From positions 1 through 47,971 of the forward strand of contig CBFIIG010000001.1 of the NCBI GenBank assembly GCA_965662615.1: a stretch of 47,971 nucleotides of DNA, written 5' to 3'. Below are positions 19,183 through 28,659 of the stretch, piece after piece. Within the stretch, counting starts at the first letter, position 1; each line of letters opens with the position of its first letter. Under the pieces are notes generated by a model. That model saw nothing but the letters and a program-made list of their open reading frames with translations. It did not search any database and was not told where the DNA came from. The position numbers and the translations under genes are program-made. The DNA is from Flavobacterium sp. Lineage in GTDB: Bacteria; Bacteroidota; Bacteroidia; Flavobacteriales; Flavobacteriaceae.

Positions 19183-19947
19183 ATGAATGAAATGCAAAAG
19201 CAATTAAATACGAATAAAAGCCCAAAAGAAGACAATTGGTTTGCTTCTTGGTTTGATACCGAATATTATCACATTTTATATAAAGACAGGGACTATAACG
19301 AAGCACAGCTCTTTATGGACAACTTAACGCAATACTTAAACCTTCCAGAAGATGCTAAAATATTGGATTTAGCTTGTGGTAAAGGACGTCATTCCGTATT
19401 TTTAAATGAGCTTGGGTATCAGGTTACAGGTGTAGATTTGTCTGAAAACAGCATAAAAGCAGCTCAAGAAAAAAGTAACGAAAGACTGGTTTTTAAAGTG
19501 CACGATATGCGCGAACCTTTAACCGAAAAATACGATGCTATTTTTAATTTGTTTACTAGTTTTGGATATTTTAACGATGATGCAGACAATCTAAAAACAC
19601 TTAGTGCGATAAAAGAGAGTTTAACCGAATACGGTTTTGCTTGTATAGATTTTATGAATGTAGATTATGTAATTGAAAATTTAGTTCCTACCGAAATTAA
19701 AACGGTAGACGGCATCGATTTTAACATTAAACGCTACGTAAAAGACAACCATATTTTTAAAGAAATAGCTTTTAATGCTGATGGTAAAGATCATTTTTTT
19801 ACCGAAAAAGTACAAGCCCTTCGTCTTGAAGATTTTGAAACTATAATGAACGATGCAGGTATTTATCTATTAGATACTTTTGGAGATTACAAGCTTAAAA
19901 AATTCTACAAAAACCAGTCGAAACGACTAATTATGATATTTAAATAA
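19183..19947 (+). CDS. Class I SAM-dependent methyltransferase
   Basis: ILDLACGKGRH, GVDLS, NLFTSFGYF. Confidence 0.9.
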   Translation: MNEMQKQLNTNKSPKEDNWFASWFDTEYYHILYKDRDYNEAQLFMDNLTQYLNLPEDAKILDLACGKGRHSVFLNELGYQVTGVDLSENSIKAAQEKSNERLVFKVHDMREPLTEKYDAIFNLFTSFGYFNDDADNLKTLSAIKESLTEYGFACIDFMNVDYVIENLVPTEIKTVDGIDFNIKRYVKDNHIFKEIAFNADGKDHFFTEKVQALRLEDFETIMNDAGIYLLDTFGDYKLKKFYKNQSKRLIMIFK

Positions 19948-20657
19948 TGGAACCTACTGTTTATCTTTTCCCACTATTAGCAGTGCTTTTGGGTTATGTA
20001 ATAGCTATTTACTTTGAACCAAAAAACAAAAAGAACTTAAAATTACTTTTGGCTTTTAGTGGTGCGTTTTTATTATCGCTTACCGTTATGCATTTATTAC
20101 CCGAAGTGTACGAAGCCGATTTGCATCATGAAGCAGAACACCATCACGAACATAAAAGTGCTTTGGGTGTATTTATTATGCTGGGAATTGTGTTTCAAAT
20201 TATATTAGAATACTTGTCTAAAGGAGCAGAACACGGGCATGTTCACAGTCATGAGCCGTTTAAAAAAATGCCTTGGGTTTTGTTTTTTAGTTTGTGTTTA
20301 CACGCACTTTTAGAAGGAATGCCAATTCACCAACACAATCATTTAGCGGTGGGAATTGCCATTCACCACTTCCCTATTGCAATAATTTTAACCACTTTTT
20401 TTAGACAAGCACAACTACCTAAAAAAGCATTATTTGTCTTTATGGTTGGTTTTGCATTAATGACACCTATTGGCACGTATTTGTCTGGACATTTACCTTT
20501 TTTAATTGAATACTACGCTCCTATTTCGGGAATTGTTATTGGTATATTATTTCATATTTCTTCTACTATTATTTTTGAAAGTAGCGAAGGTCATACTTTT
20601 AATCTTGCCAAAATTTCTGTAATTTTACTTGGTATTTTATTAGCTTACTTTATATAA
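19947..20657 (+). CDS. ZIP family divalent metal transporter
   Basis: HLLPE, His-rich loops, LHALLEG, IHHFP. Confidence 0.9.
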   Translation: MEPTVYLFPLLAVLLGYVIAIYFEPKNKKNLKLLLAFSGAFLLSLTVMHLLPEVYEADLHHEAEHHHEHKSALGVFIMLGIVFQIILEYLSKGAEHGHVHSHEPFKKMPWVLFFSLCLHALLEGMPIHQHNHLAVGIAIHHFPIAIILTTFFRQAQLPKKALFVFMVGFALMTPIGTYLSGHLPFLIEYYAPISGIVIGILFHISSTIIFESSEGHTFNLAKISVILLGILLAYFI

Positions 20658-20663
20658 AAAACT

Positions 20664-21491
20664 ATGTCTTTTACTAAAACCACAGAACAAGATTCGCATT
20701 ACAACAACTTAGAAAAAATGGATGTGGCTACTTTACTAAAAAGTATAAATAAGGAAGACAAGACCGTACCTTTAGCCATAGAAAAAGCCTTACCGCAAAT
20801 AGAAACTGTAATAAAAACGGCAGTTTCTCAATTACAAAAAGGAGGTCGTTTGTTTTACATAGGCGCTGGAACTTCTGGTAGAATGGGAATTTTAGACGCA
20901 TCGGAATGTCCGCCCACTTTCGGCGTAAGCCCAAACACCGTAATAGGAATAATTGCAGGTGGTGACCATGCTATTCGCAACGCAGTAGAAAATGCAGAAG
21001 ACCACACCACACAGGCTTGGGAAGATTTAAAAAAACACCGAATTAGCCAAAACGATATGGTTATTGGCATTGCAGCATCGGGAACTACACCGTATGTTAT
21101 TGGTGGATTAGAAGCTTGCAACCAAAATAATATTCCAACTGCTTGTATTACTTGTAACGCTGGTAGTCCGCTTAGTTTAGCAGCAAAACAGCCTATTGAA
21201 GTTATTGTAGGTCCTGAATTTGTAACAGGCAGCAGCCGAATGAAAGCAGGAACGGCTCAAAAATTAGTTTTAAACATGATTTCTACTGCAACCATGATTA
21301 AATTAGGCAAAGTAAAAGGCAATAAAATGGTCGATATGCAACTGAGCAATGATAAGTTAGTTGACAGAGGTGTAAAAATGATTATGGCAGAAACGCAATT
21401 AACTTACGAAGAAGCAGCTGAATTATTAAAAAAACACAAATCGGTTAGAACAAGTGTAGCAATGGTAAAAAACAATACAAATGGCAACTAA
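20664..21491 (+). CDS. murQ: N-acetylmuramic acid 6-phosphate etherase
   Basis: GAGTSGR, DASECPPTFG, GIAASGTTP, GPEFVTGSSRMKAGTAQK. Confidence 0.96.
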   Translation: MSFTKTTEQDSHYNNLEKMDVATLLKSINKEDKTVPLAIEKALPQIETVIKTAVSQLQKGGRLFYIGAGTSGRMGILDASECPPTFGVSPNTVIGIIAGGDHAIRNAVENAEDHTTQAWEDLKKHRISQNDMVIGIAASGTTPYVIGGLEACNQNNIPTACITCNAGSPLSLAAKQPIEVIVGPEFVTGSSRMKAGTAQKLVLNMISTATMIKLGKVKGNKMVDMQLSNDKLVDRGVKMIMAETQLTYEEAAELLKKHKSVRTSVAMVKNNTNGN

Positions 21492-21708
21492 CAAAGTATT
21501 ACTTTTTAAAGGCATAAAAATATTAGCAATTACATTGCCCTTATTATTTATGAGTCCTGTAATTATTAACAGTGCTTTTAAAAACGAAGAACACCCATAT
21601 TATTACCCTGTTTTAACAGTTGGAATAATTTTATTTTTATTAGCTATTTATATGCTATTTAAAGGTGTAACAACCGTTGTTAAAGGCATTTTTAACGACC
21701 CAAATTAA
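21481..21708 (+). CDS. Small two-TM membrane protein (DUF6095-like)
   Basis: 75 aa, two TM helices flanking SAFKN..HP. Confidence 0.6.
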   Translation: MATNKVLLFKGIKILAITLPLLFMSPVIINSAFKNEEHPYYYPVLTVGIILFLLAIYMLFKGVTTVVKGIFNDPN

Positions 21709-21709
21709 T

Positions 21710-22087
21710 ATGAAAAAACTAATTATACTTTTTTGTTGTAGTATACTATTAACTTCTTGTTATACAGCAGAAAGAAATTGTGCCGACTTTAAAACGGGTA
21801 CTTTTGTGTTTGAGCAAGAAATAGAAGGTAAAAAACAACGTTCGGAGTTTTCACGTACTGAAAAATATCAAATTGAAGAATTTAACGGTGCAATAGACAC
21901 CTTTGATATTAGATGGATTAATGACTGTGAATATGTTTTAAAAAACATAAAACCAAAAAATAGAGCCGAGAAAAAAGCCGTTCATATGAAAATATTGACT
22001 ACTGATGAAAAAGGATATATTTTTGAATTTTCTTTTGTGGGTGAAACCCAAAAACAAAGAGGAACTGTTTTTAAATTAGAAAATTAA
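21710..22087 (+). CDS. Hypothetical lipoprotein; start reassigned to ATG at 21710
   Basis: MKKLIILF...LTSC lipobox; C.DFKTGTF and WINDCEY segments. Confidence 0.7.
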   Translation: MKKLIILFCCSILLTSCYTAERNCADFKTGTFVFEQEIEGKKQRSEFSRTEKYQIEEFNGAIDTFDIRWINDCEYVLKNIKPKNRAEKKAVHMKILTTDEKGYIFEFSFVGETQKQRGTVFKLEN

Positions 22088-22097
22088 AATATAAAAA

Positions 22098-22868
22098 ATG
22101 GAAGTATTTTTACAACTAGACGCATGGATTGCTCTTTTAACCTTAACTTTTTTAGAAATTATTTTAGGTATAGATAATATTATATTTATTTCTATTGTTA
22201 CTGGTAAATTACCCGAAGAAAAAAGAAAGAAAGCTACGCAAATTGGTTTGTTTTTGGCAATGTTTATGAGAATAGCTCTGTTATTTGGTATAACACTTTT
22301 AATTGCCATGAAAGCGCCTTGGTTTAGTTTTAACTTTGGATGGTTTTCTGCCGAAATAACGGGACAAGCACTTATTTTACTGCTAGGTGGATTATTTCTA
22401 ATTTATAAAAGCACCAAAGAAATACACGAAAAAGTAGATCATAAGGAGCAAGATGAAACCAAACTAAAAACAACCGCAAAAGCAACTTTTAGCAATGTTA
22501 TTATTCAAATTTTATTAATAGATTTAATTTTTTCAATTGATAGTATTTTAACCGCTGTTGGAATGACAAACGGCATAGAAGACGCTTTATATATAATGAT
22601 TACTGCTGTAATTATTTCTGTTGGTGTGATGATGCTTTTTGCAGTACCTGTTGGGAATTTTGTAAACAAAAACCCTTCAATTCAAATTTTAGGCTTGGCA
22701 TTTCTAATTTTAATTGGTTTTATGTTAATTACCGAAAGTATGCATTTATCAAACGCTCAGTTAGCAGGGCAACATGTAGGTATAGTACCAAAAGGATATT
22801 TATATTTTGCTATTGCATTTTCTTTGGCAGTAGAGTTTATAAACATGAAAATGAAAAAAGAGAAATAG
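22098..22868 (+). CDS. TerC family membrane protein
   Basis: LEIILGIDN, D.IFSIDS.LTAVG, KGYLYFA. Confidence 0.93.
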   Translation: MEVFLQLDAWIALLTLTFLEIILGIDNIIFISIVTGKLPEEKRKKATQIGLFLAMFMRIALLFGITLLIAMKAPWFSFNFGWFSAEITGQALILLLGGLFLIYKSTKEIHEKVDHKEQDETKLKTTAKATFSNVIIQILLIDLIFSIDSILTAVGMTNGIEDALYIMITAVIISVGVMMLFAVPVGNFVNKNPSIQILGLAFLILIGFMLITESMHLSNAQLAGQHVGIVPKGYLYFAIAFSLAVEFINMKMKKEK

Positions 22869-22918
22869 CAATCTCGAATTACACAAAACATTATTTTTAT
22901 AATAAATTTTTATAACTA

Positions 22919-22953
22919 AAAAATGCCTTTAGAAAAATTCTAAAGGCATTTTT
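22919..22953. terminator. Bidirectional intrinsic terminator between convergent terC and parC
   Basis: Perfect 16-bp inverted repeat aaaaatgcctttagaa-aaa-ttctaaaggcattttt. Confidence 0.85.
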
Positions 22954-22974
22954 ATTATTATAATTACAACTATC

Positions 22975-25587
22975 TTAATCTAAAGAAAGGGTTATTTGCC
23001 CGTCATCGTCTAGAGAGCTGTAATCATTATTAGTATCAGACTGGGTTTCTGGTTTTTCTTCTTCTACTTCTTCTATTGGTTCCTCAAACGGAATTGATTC
23101 TAAAAGGTTTACCTGTTTTACCTTATCGGAAGTTAATTGGTTACCCAATGCCTTTAAGCCTTTAACAGCTATAAATTCTTCTAAATTCACTTCTAAGTTG
23201 TCTTTTTGAACGCCTTTAATTTTAGAAAAAACTACTTCTGCCATTGGTTTCCAATCGGTAGAAACTACTTCTAAATACGATTTTTCGTGTTCAGAAATAA
23301 AAGTTTCTTCTTTGTTTTCGCTTTCTAACAAAAAACGCTTTACGTAGTATCGCTCTTTTTCGCCATCAAAATAAATTGCCGAAATAGGTTTTGCAGGCTT
23401 CCATTTTTCTAACACTATCATATCATCGTCAAAATGCGTTGTCAATTCTGGTGTTATAGCTTTTATTTTACCCGATTGATTTATTATTAAAAGCTTGTCG
23501 TTTGGTTTAAATTCGCCTAACAAATCGCCTCTGCCTTCTACATTTAATCGTTGTACGGTTTCATCGAACCAAATTTTACGCGGGCGTAATGTAGAAATTC
23601 CTTTTTCTTTTAATTCTATTTTTTTAATAGGGTATTTAGAAACTGTGTTTCCTTTAGAGCTTCTTCCTTTTATTAAAATTTCTGAAAAATCAATATCCCA
23701 TTTTAATTTTTTAATACTACCTACTTGTCGTAAAAGTATTGTAACCACTTCTGCTTCTCCATTAGGGTTTGCTGTGAAATACAAAACTTGCGAACCTGGT
23801 TTTTCTTGGGTTAAATGGTATTCTTTATCTCTAGTAATACTAGACACATTAAAACGTTTTAAAAACGAAGCTCCACCTTTACCGTCTCTATAAATAAGGT
23901 TGTAAGTGGTGCGTTTGTCATTTTTATCGAAAACAGCAATATGAATAATGTCTTTACCTATAAATTTTTTATCATCTACTTTAGTAACTACCATTCTACC
24001 GTCTCGTAAAAATACTATTACATCGTCTATATCTGAACAATCTGCAACATATTCATCCTTTTTAAGTCCAGTTCCTATAAACCCTTCATCTCTATTTACA
24101 TATAACTTAGTGTTTCTTAATACTACTTTAGTTGCTTCTATAGTCTCAAAACTTCTTAACTCGGTTTGACGCTCTTTGCCTTTACCATACTTATCTTTCA
24201 GCATCTGAAAAAAGGCAATCGTATAGTCAATTATATTTTCTAAATCATGTTTAACACGTTCCATTTCTGCTTCTAACTTGGCAATGGCATCATCTGCTTT
24301 ATCCGAGTCAAAACGGGTAATACGAATCATTGGAATTTGAGTTAACTTTTGCAAATCCTCATCGTTTATTTCTCTAACAAAGTCTTTTTTAAACGGCTCG
24401 AAACTTTTATACAAATATTGATTTAGCGACTCTCTATCAGAGTACAACTTAAAGTCAATATACATTTCTTCTCTAATAAATATTTTTTCTAAAGTAGAAA
24501 AGTGCCATTTGTTTTGCAACTCAGCCAGGTCAATCTGTAATTCGCTTTTTAACAAGTCGACTGTTCTATGCGTTGAAATTTTTAGCATTTCGGACACGCC
24601 AACAAACAAAGGCTTATTGTCTTCAATAACACAACCTAGCGGTGCAATTGATGTTTCACAAGCTGTGAAAGCATAAAGTGCGTCTATTGTTTTGTCAGGA
24701 GAAACACCTGCAGGCAAGTGTATTAGTATTTCAACTTCTGCTGCGGTGTTATCTTCAATTTTTTTAATTTTAATTTTTCCCTTCTCATTTGCTTTTAAAA
24801 TACTATCTATTAAAGAAGTGGTATTTGTAGAAAATGGAATTTGAGAAATCACCAATGTATTTTTATCCAATTGAGCAATTTTGGCACGTACACGCACACG
24901 TCCGCCACGTAAACCATCGTTATAATTAGAAACATCCGCAATACCAGCCGTTGGAAAATCCGGATATAAAGTAAACGACTTCCCTTTTAATATTTTTATA
25001 GAAGAATCTATTAGTTCGTTAAAATTATGAGGTAAAATTTTTGTAGAAAGTCCAACCGCAATACCCTCGCCTCCTTGTGCTAAAAGCAATGGGAATTTTA
25101 CGGGTAAGTTAATAGGTTCTTTTCTTCTACCGTCGTAAGAAGACTGCCAATCGGTAATTTTAGGAGAGTATAAAATATCGTGACCTAACTTAGAAATACG
25201 AGCTTCTATATAACGAGAAGCTGCTGCACTGTCGCCTGTTAAAATATTACCCCAGTTCCCTTGGGTATCTATTAAAAGTTCTTTTTGTCCTATTTGCACC
25301 ATGGCATCTCCAATACTAGCATCTCCGTGTGGGTGATACTGCATGGTATGCCCTACAACGTTAGCTACTTTATTGTAACGACCATCGTCAAGCTCTTTCA
25401 TAGAGTGCATTATACGGCGTTGAACAGGTTTAAAGCCGTCTTCAATAGCGGGTACAGCACGTTCTAAAATAACATAAGAGGCGTAGTCTAAAAACCAATC
25501 TTTGTACATTCCTGTAACTTTGGTAATGGTTTCTTGCTGCTCTAAATTATCGTCTTCTGGGATTATATTTTCTTCGTCTTCGTTCAT
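22975..25587 (-). CDS. parC: DNA topoisomerase IV subunit A (Bacteroidota type)
   Basis: DGFKPVQRR, YHPHGD, catalytic AASRYIEAR; 870 aa; no GyrA box seen. Confidence 0.9.
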   Translation of the reverse strand: MNEDEENIIPEDDNLEQQETITKVTGMYKDWFLDYASYVILERAVPAIEDGFKPVQRRIMHSMKELDDGRYNKVANVVGHTMQYHPHGDASIGDAMVQIGQKELLIDTQGNWGNILTGDSAAASRYIEARISKLGHDILYSPKITDWQSSYDGRRKEPINLPVKFPLLLAQGGEGIAVGLSTKILPHNFNELIDSSIKILKGKSFTLYPDFPTAGIADVSNYNDGLRGGRVRVRAKIAQLDKNTLVISQIPFSTNTTSLIDSILKANEKGKIKIKKIEDNTAAEVEILIHLPAGVSPDKTIDALYAFTACETSIAPLGCVIEDNKPLFVGVSEMLKISTHRTVDLLKSELQIDLAELQNKWHFSTLEKIFIREEMYIDFKLYSDRESLNQYLYKSFEPFKKDFVREINDEDLQKLTQIPMIRITRFDSDKADDAIAKLEAEMERVKHDLENIIDYTIAFFQMLKDKYGKGKERQTELRSFETIEATKVVLRNTKLYVNRDEGFIGTGLKKDEYVADCSDIDDVIVFLRDGRMVVTKVDDKKFIGKDIIHIAVFDKNDKRTTYNLIYRDGKGGASFLKRFNVSSITRDKEYHLTQEKPGSQVLYFTANPNGEAEVVTILLRQVGSIKKLKWDIDFSEILIKGRSSKGNTVSKYPIKKIELKEKGISTLRPRKIWFDETVQRLNVEGRGDLLGEFKPNDKLLIINQSGKIKAITPELTTHFDDDMIVLEKWKPAKPISAIYFDGEKERYYVKRFLLESENKEETFISEHEKSYLEVVSTDWKPMAEVVFSKIKGVQKDNLEVNLEEFIAVKGLKALGNQLTSDKVKQVNLLESIPFEEPIEEVEEEKPETQSDTNNDYSSLDDDGQITLSLD

Positions 25588-26658
25588 TTATTTTGATTCC
25601 GAAATTAATTTTATTAAATCTTCTTTACTTGGTAAAACGGTTTTGTATTTACTTGCGAAAATTTGCTCATTATTTTCTGGCAAAGTGTATTCTACAACTA
25701 AATCACTTTTGTTTTGACATAAAACAATACCAATTGTTTTGTTTTCATCTGTAAGGCGCATGTTTCTATCGTAATAATTCACATACATTTGCATTTGACC
25801 TAAATCTTGATGTTTTAATTCACCTATTTTTAAATCTATAAGTACAAAACTTTTTAAGTTTCTATTATAAAAAACCAAATCAATTTTAAAATGTTTATCA
25901 TCAAAAGTAATTCGTTTTTGACGAGCTACAAATGTAAACCCTTGTCCTAATTCTAATAAAAAGTGTTCTAGCTTATTTATTATCTGTTCCTCTAATTCAT
26001 TTTCAGAATATTGATTTAACTCGGGTAAACCTAAAAATTCTAAAATATAAGGGTCTTTAATTAAATCTTTGGGTTTTTCTATAATTTGTCCTTCCTGAGC
26101 AAGTTTTAAAACACCTTCTTTATCTCTACTTATAGACAATCTAGTAAATAAACCAGAATTGTATTGCCTTTTTAACTCACTTACACTCCAATTATTTTTA
26201 TTAGCTTCAATTTCATAAAAACTTCTTTCGTTTTGGTCGTCAATTCGCATTAAAAAAATATAATGTGTCCAAGATAATTTAAAAAAAGAAGTTAATGCTT
26301 GTATAGTACTTTTATCAGAATTCGTCATCGGTGATGACGAATTAACCAAGTCTAAAATCTGATTCAGTGATGACGAAATTGAGTATGTTCTATAAAACTT
26401 CCTCATTCTATCTAAATTTTCTACAGAAAAACCTTTCCCAAACTCTTTTGTTAATTGTTTCGAAAGTACTTTTAGCACTTGTTTACCATAGCCTGCTCGT
26501 TCTAAACCATTTTGTTCGTCTTCTATAATTATACGCCCAATTTCAAAATAAGTGATAACCATTGTTGCATTTACAGACTGTAAAACTTGTTGCTTAGCTT
26601 GCAGTAAAATTGCAACAATATGCTTAAATAGTTCTTTATTTTGAATTTCCTCTTTCAT
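25588..26658 (-). CDS. DUF1016/YhcG family PD-(D/E)XK nuclease-domain protein; probable start ATG at 26658 (MKEEIQ)
   Basis: GFS..NL..MR.FY, LSWTHY, KDPYILEFLGL, FLLELG.GF.FVARQ, IDLVFY...IDLK, DLGQMQMY. Confidence 0.92.
   Translation of the reverse strand: MKEEIQNKELFKHIVAILLQAKQQVLQSVNATMVITYFEIGRIIIEDEQNGLERAGYGKQVLKVLSKQLTKEFGKGFSVENLDRMRKFYRTYSISSSLNQILDLVNSSSPMTNSDKSTIQALTSFFKLSWTHYIFLMRIDDQNERSFYEIEANKNNWSVSELKRQYNSGLFTRLSISRDKEGVLKLAQEGQIIEKPKDLIKDPYILEFLGLPELNQYSENELEEQIINKLEHFLLELGQGFTFVARQKRITFDDKHFKIDLVFYNRNLKSFVLIDLKIGELKHQDLGQMQMYVNYYDRNMRLTDENKTIGIVLCQNKSDLVVEYTLPENNEQIFASKYKTVLPSKEDLIKLISESK
26319..26377. repeat. Intragenic palindrome (11-bp arms) plus an 11-nt direct repeat at 36-nt period
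   Basis: aattcgtcatc-ggt-gatgacgaatt at 26319-26343; gtgatgacgaa at both 26331 and 26367. Confidence 0.85.
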
Positions 26659-26659
26659 T

Positions 26660-28513
26660 TTATTTCTCAACCACGTCTAACTCAACCTTTAGGTTATTAA
26701 TAATAAACTCTTGTCTGTCGGGCGTGTTTTTACCCATATAAAATTCTAATAATTGCTCTATAGAAGTTGTTTTGTCTAACATTACAGGATCTAATCTAAT
26801 GTCTTCACCAATAAAATATTTAAACTCGTCTGGAGAAATCTCTCCCAAACCTTTAAATCGGGTGATTTCGGGTTTTGGGCTTAATTTTTCTATGGCATTA
26901 ACTCGTTCTTCTTCCGTATAGCAATAGATAGTTTCTTTTTTATTTCGAACCCTAAAAAGTGGGGTTTGCAATATGTACAAATGGCGGTCTTTTATAAGTT
27001 CTGGGAAAAACTGCAAAAAGAAAGTGATTAATAATAAGCGAATGTGCATACCATCAACATCGGCATCTGTTGCAATTACAATATTATTGTAACGCAAATC
27101 TTCCATATCGTCTTCTATATTTAAAGCCGCTTGCAATAAGTTAAACTCTTCGTTTTCGTATACTATTTTTTTACTCATTCCGTAGGAGTTTAGTGGCTTA
27201 CCACGCAAACTAAATACGGCTTGTGTATTCACATCTCTACTTTTGGTAATAGAACCCGAAGCTGAATCTCCCTCTGTAATGAAAAGAGTGCTCTCTAAAC
27301 TTCGTGGGTTTTTACTGTCGGTTAAATGTACTCTACAATCTCTTAATTTTTTATTGTGTAAACTGGCTTTTTTTGCACGGTCTTTGGCTAATTTTCTAAT
27401 TCCCGAAAGCTCTTTTCGCTCTCTTTCGGCTTGTAAAATTTTACGCAAAAGGGCATCGGCAGTTTCTGGGTTTTTATGCAAAAAGTTGTCAAACTTTGTT
27501 TTAATAAAGTCGTTTATAAAAGTTCGAACCGTTGGCCCATTTGGACCTACGTCTGTAGAACCTAATTTGGTTTTAGTCTGACTTTCAAAAACAGGTTCCT
27601 CTACTTTTATAGCTACAGCAGCAACTATAGATTTTCTTATATCTGAAGCCTCGAAACTTTTATTGTAAAACTCTTTTATAGAACGTACAATAGCTTCTCT
27701 AAAAGCACCTAAGTGTGTTCCACCTTGTGTGGTATTTTGACCGTTTACAAATGAGTGATATTCTTCTGAATACTGGGTTTTACTGTGTGTAACGGCAATT
27801 TCAATATCGTGATCTTCTAAATGAATGATTGGATAAATAGAGTCTTCTTGCGTAATATTTTCTTCTAAAAGATCTTTTAATCCGTTTTCTGAATGGTATT
27901 TTTCGCCATTAAAAATAATTGTTAAACCACGGTTAAGGTAACAATAATTTTTAAGCATACTAATAATATACTCATGACGGTATTTGTAGTTTTTAAAAAT
28001 AGCCTCATCTGCAATAAAAGATACTTTAGTTCCTTTACGCTTTGTGGTTTCTTCTATAACTCCTTCGGCAACTAAATCACCTGCCGAAAATTCTGCACCT
28101 TTTATTTGGTTGTCTCTAACCGATTCTACTTTAAAATAATTAGAAAGTGCATTTACGGCTTTTGTACCCACACCATTAAGACCAACCGATTTTTTAAACG
28201 CTTTAGAGTCGTACTTACCACCCGTATTCATTTTAGAAACTACGTCCACTACTTTACCTAAAGGAATTCCTCTTCCGTAATCGCGAACGGTAACTTGCTT
28301 GTCCTTAACGGTAACTTCTATGGTTTTACCAGCACCCATTACAAACTCATCAATACAGTTGTCTATAACTTCTTTAATAAGTATATAAATACCATCATCT
28401 GGCGATGTCCCATCGCCTAATTTACCTATATACATACCTGGACGCATACGTATATGCTCTTTCCAATCTAAGGAACGAATATTATCTTCGGTATATTGAT
28501 TTTCTTCTAACAT
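26660..28513 (-). CDS. parE: DNA topoisomerase IV subunit B
   Basis: [35 protein letters not shown] motifs EGDSA and TDADVDG, RFKGLGE. Confidence 0.92.
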   Translation of the reverse strand: MLEENQYTEDNIRSLDWKEHIRMRPGMYIGKLGDGTSPDDGIYILIKEVIDNCIDEFVMGAGKTIEVTVKDKQVTVRDYGRGIPLGKVVDVVSKMNTGGKYDSKAFKKSVGLNGVGTKAVNALSNYFKVESVRDNQIKGAEFSAGDLVAEGVIEETTKRKGTKVSFIADEAIFKNYKYRHEYIISMLKNYCYLNRGLTIIFNGEKYHSENGLKDLLEENITQEDSIYPIIHLEDHDIEIAVTHSKTQYSEEYHSFVNGQNTTQGGTHLGAFREAIVRSIKEFYNKSFEASDIRKSIVAAVAIKVEEPVFESQTKTKLGSTDVGPNGPTVRTFINDFIKTKFDNFLHKNPETADALLRKILQAERERKELSGIRKLAKDRAKKASLHNKKLRDCRVHLTDSKNPRSLESTLFITEGDSASGSITKSRDVNTQAVFSLRGKPLNSYGMSKKIVYENEEFNLLQAALNIEDDMEDLRYNNIVIATDADVDGMHIRLLLITFFLQFFPELIKDRHLYILQTPLFRVRNKKETIYCYTEEERVNAIEKLSPKPEITRFKGLGEISPDEFKYFIGEDIRLDPVMLDKTTSIEQLLEFYMGKNTPDRQEFIINNLKVELDVVEK

Positions 28514-28608
28514 AAAAGCGACTTGTAATTTGTGCTAATATAAGAGAAAATCTGAAAAAATAAAAGCAGTTAGCTATATTGTTTTTAAGAACTTATTAGA
28601 CTTTTTTA

Positions 28609-28644
28609 CATTAAAAAAGCACCTTAAAAGGTGCTTTTTTAATG
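28609..28644 (-). terminator. Intrinsic terminator after ychF
   Basis: Inverted repeat cattaaaaaagcacctt-aa-aaggtgcttttttaatg. Confidence 0.85.
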
Positions 28645-28659
28645 GTTTTATTTTAGTAA

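Noticed and set aside
23495-24169. Plus-strand ORFs of 132 and 73 aa
   Set aside because: Antisense shadows of parC
27243-27581. 112-aa plus-strand ORF
   Set aside because: Antisense shadow of parE
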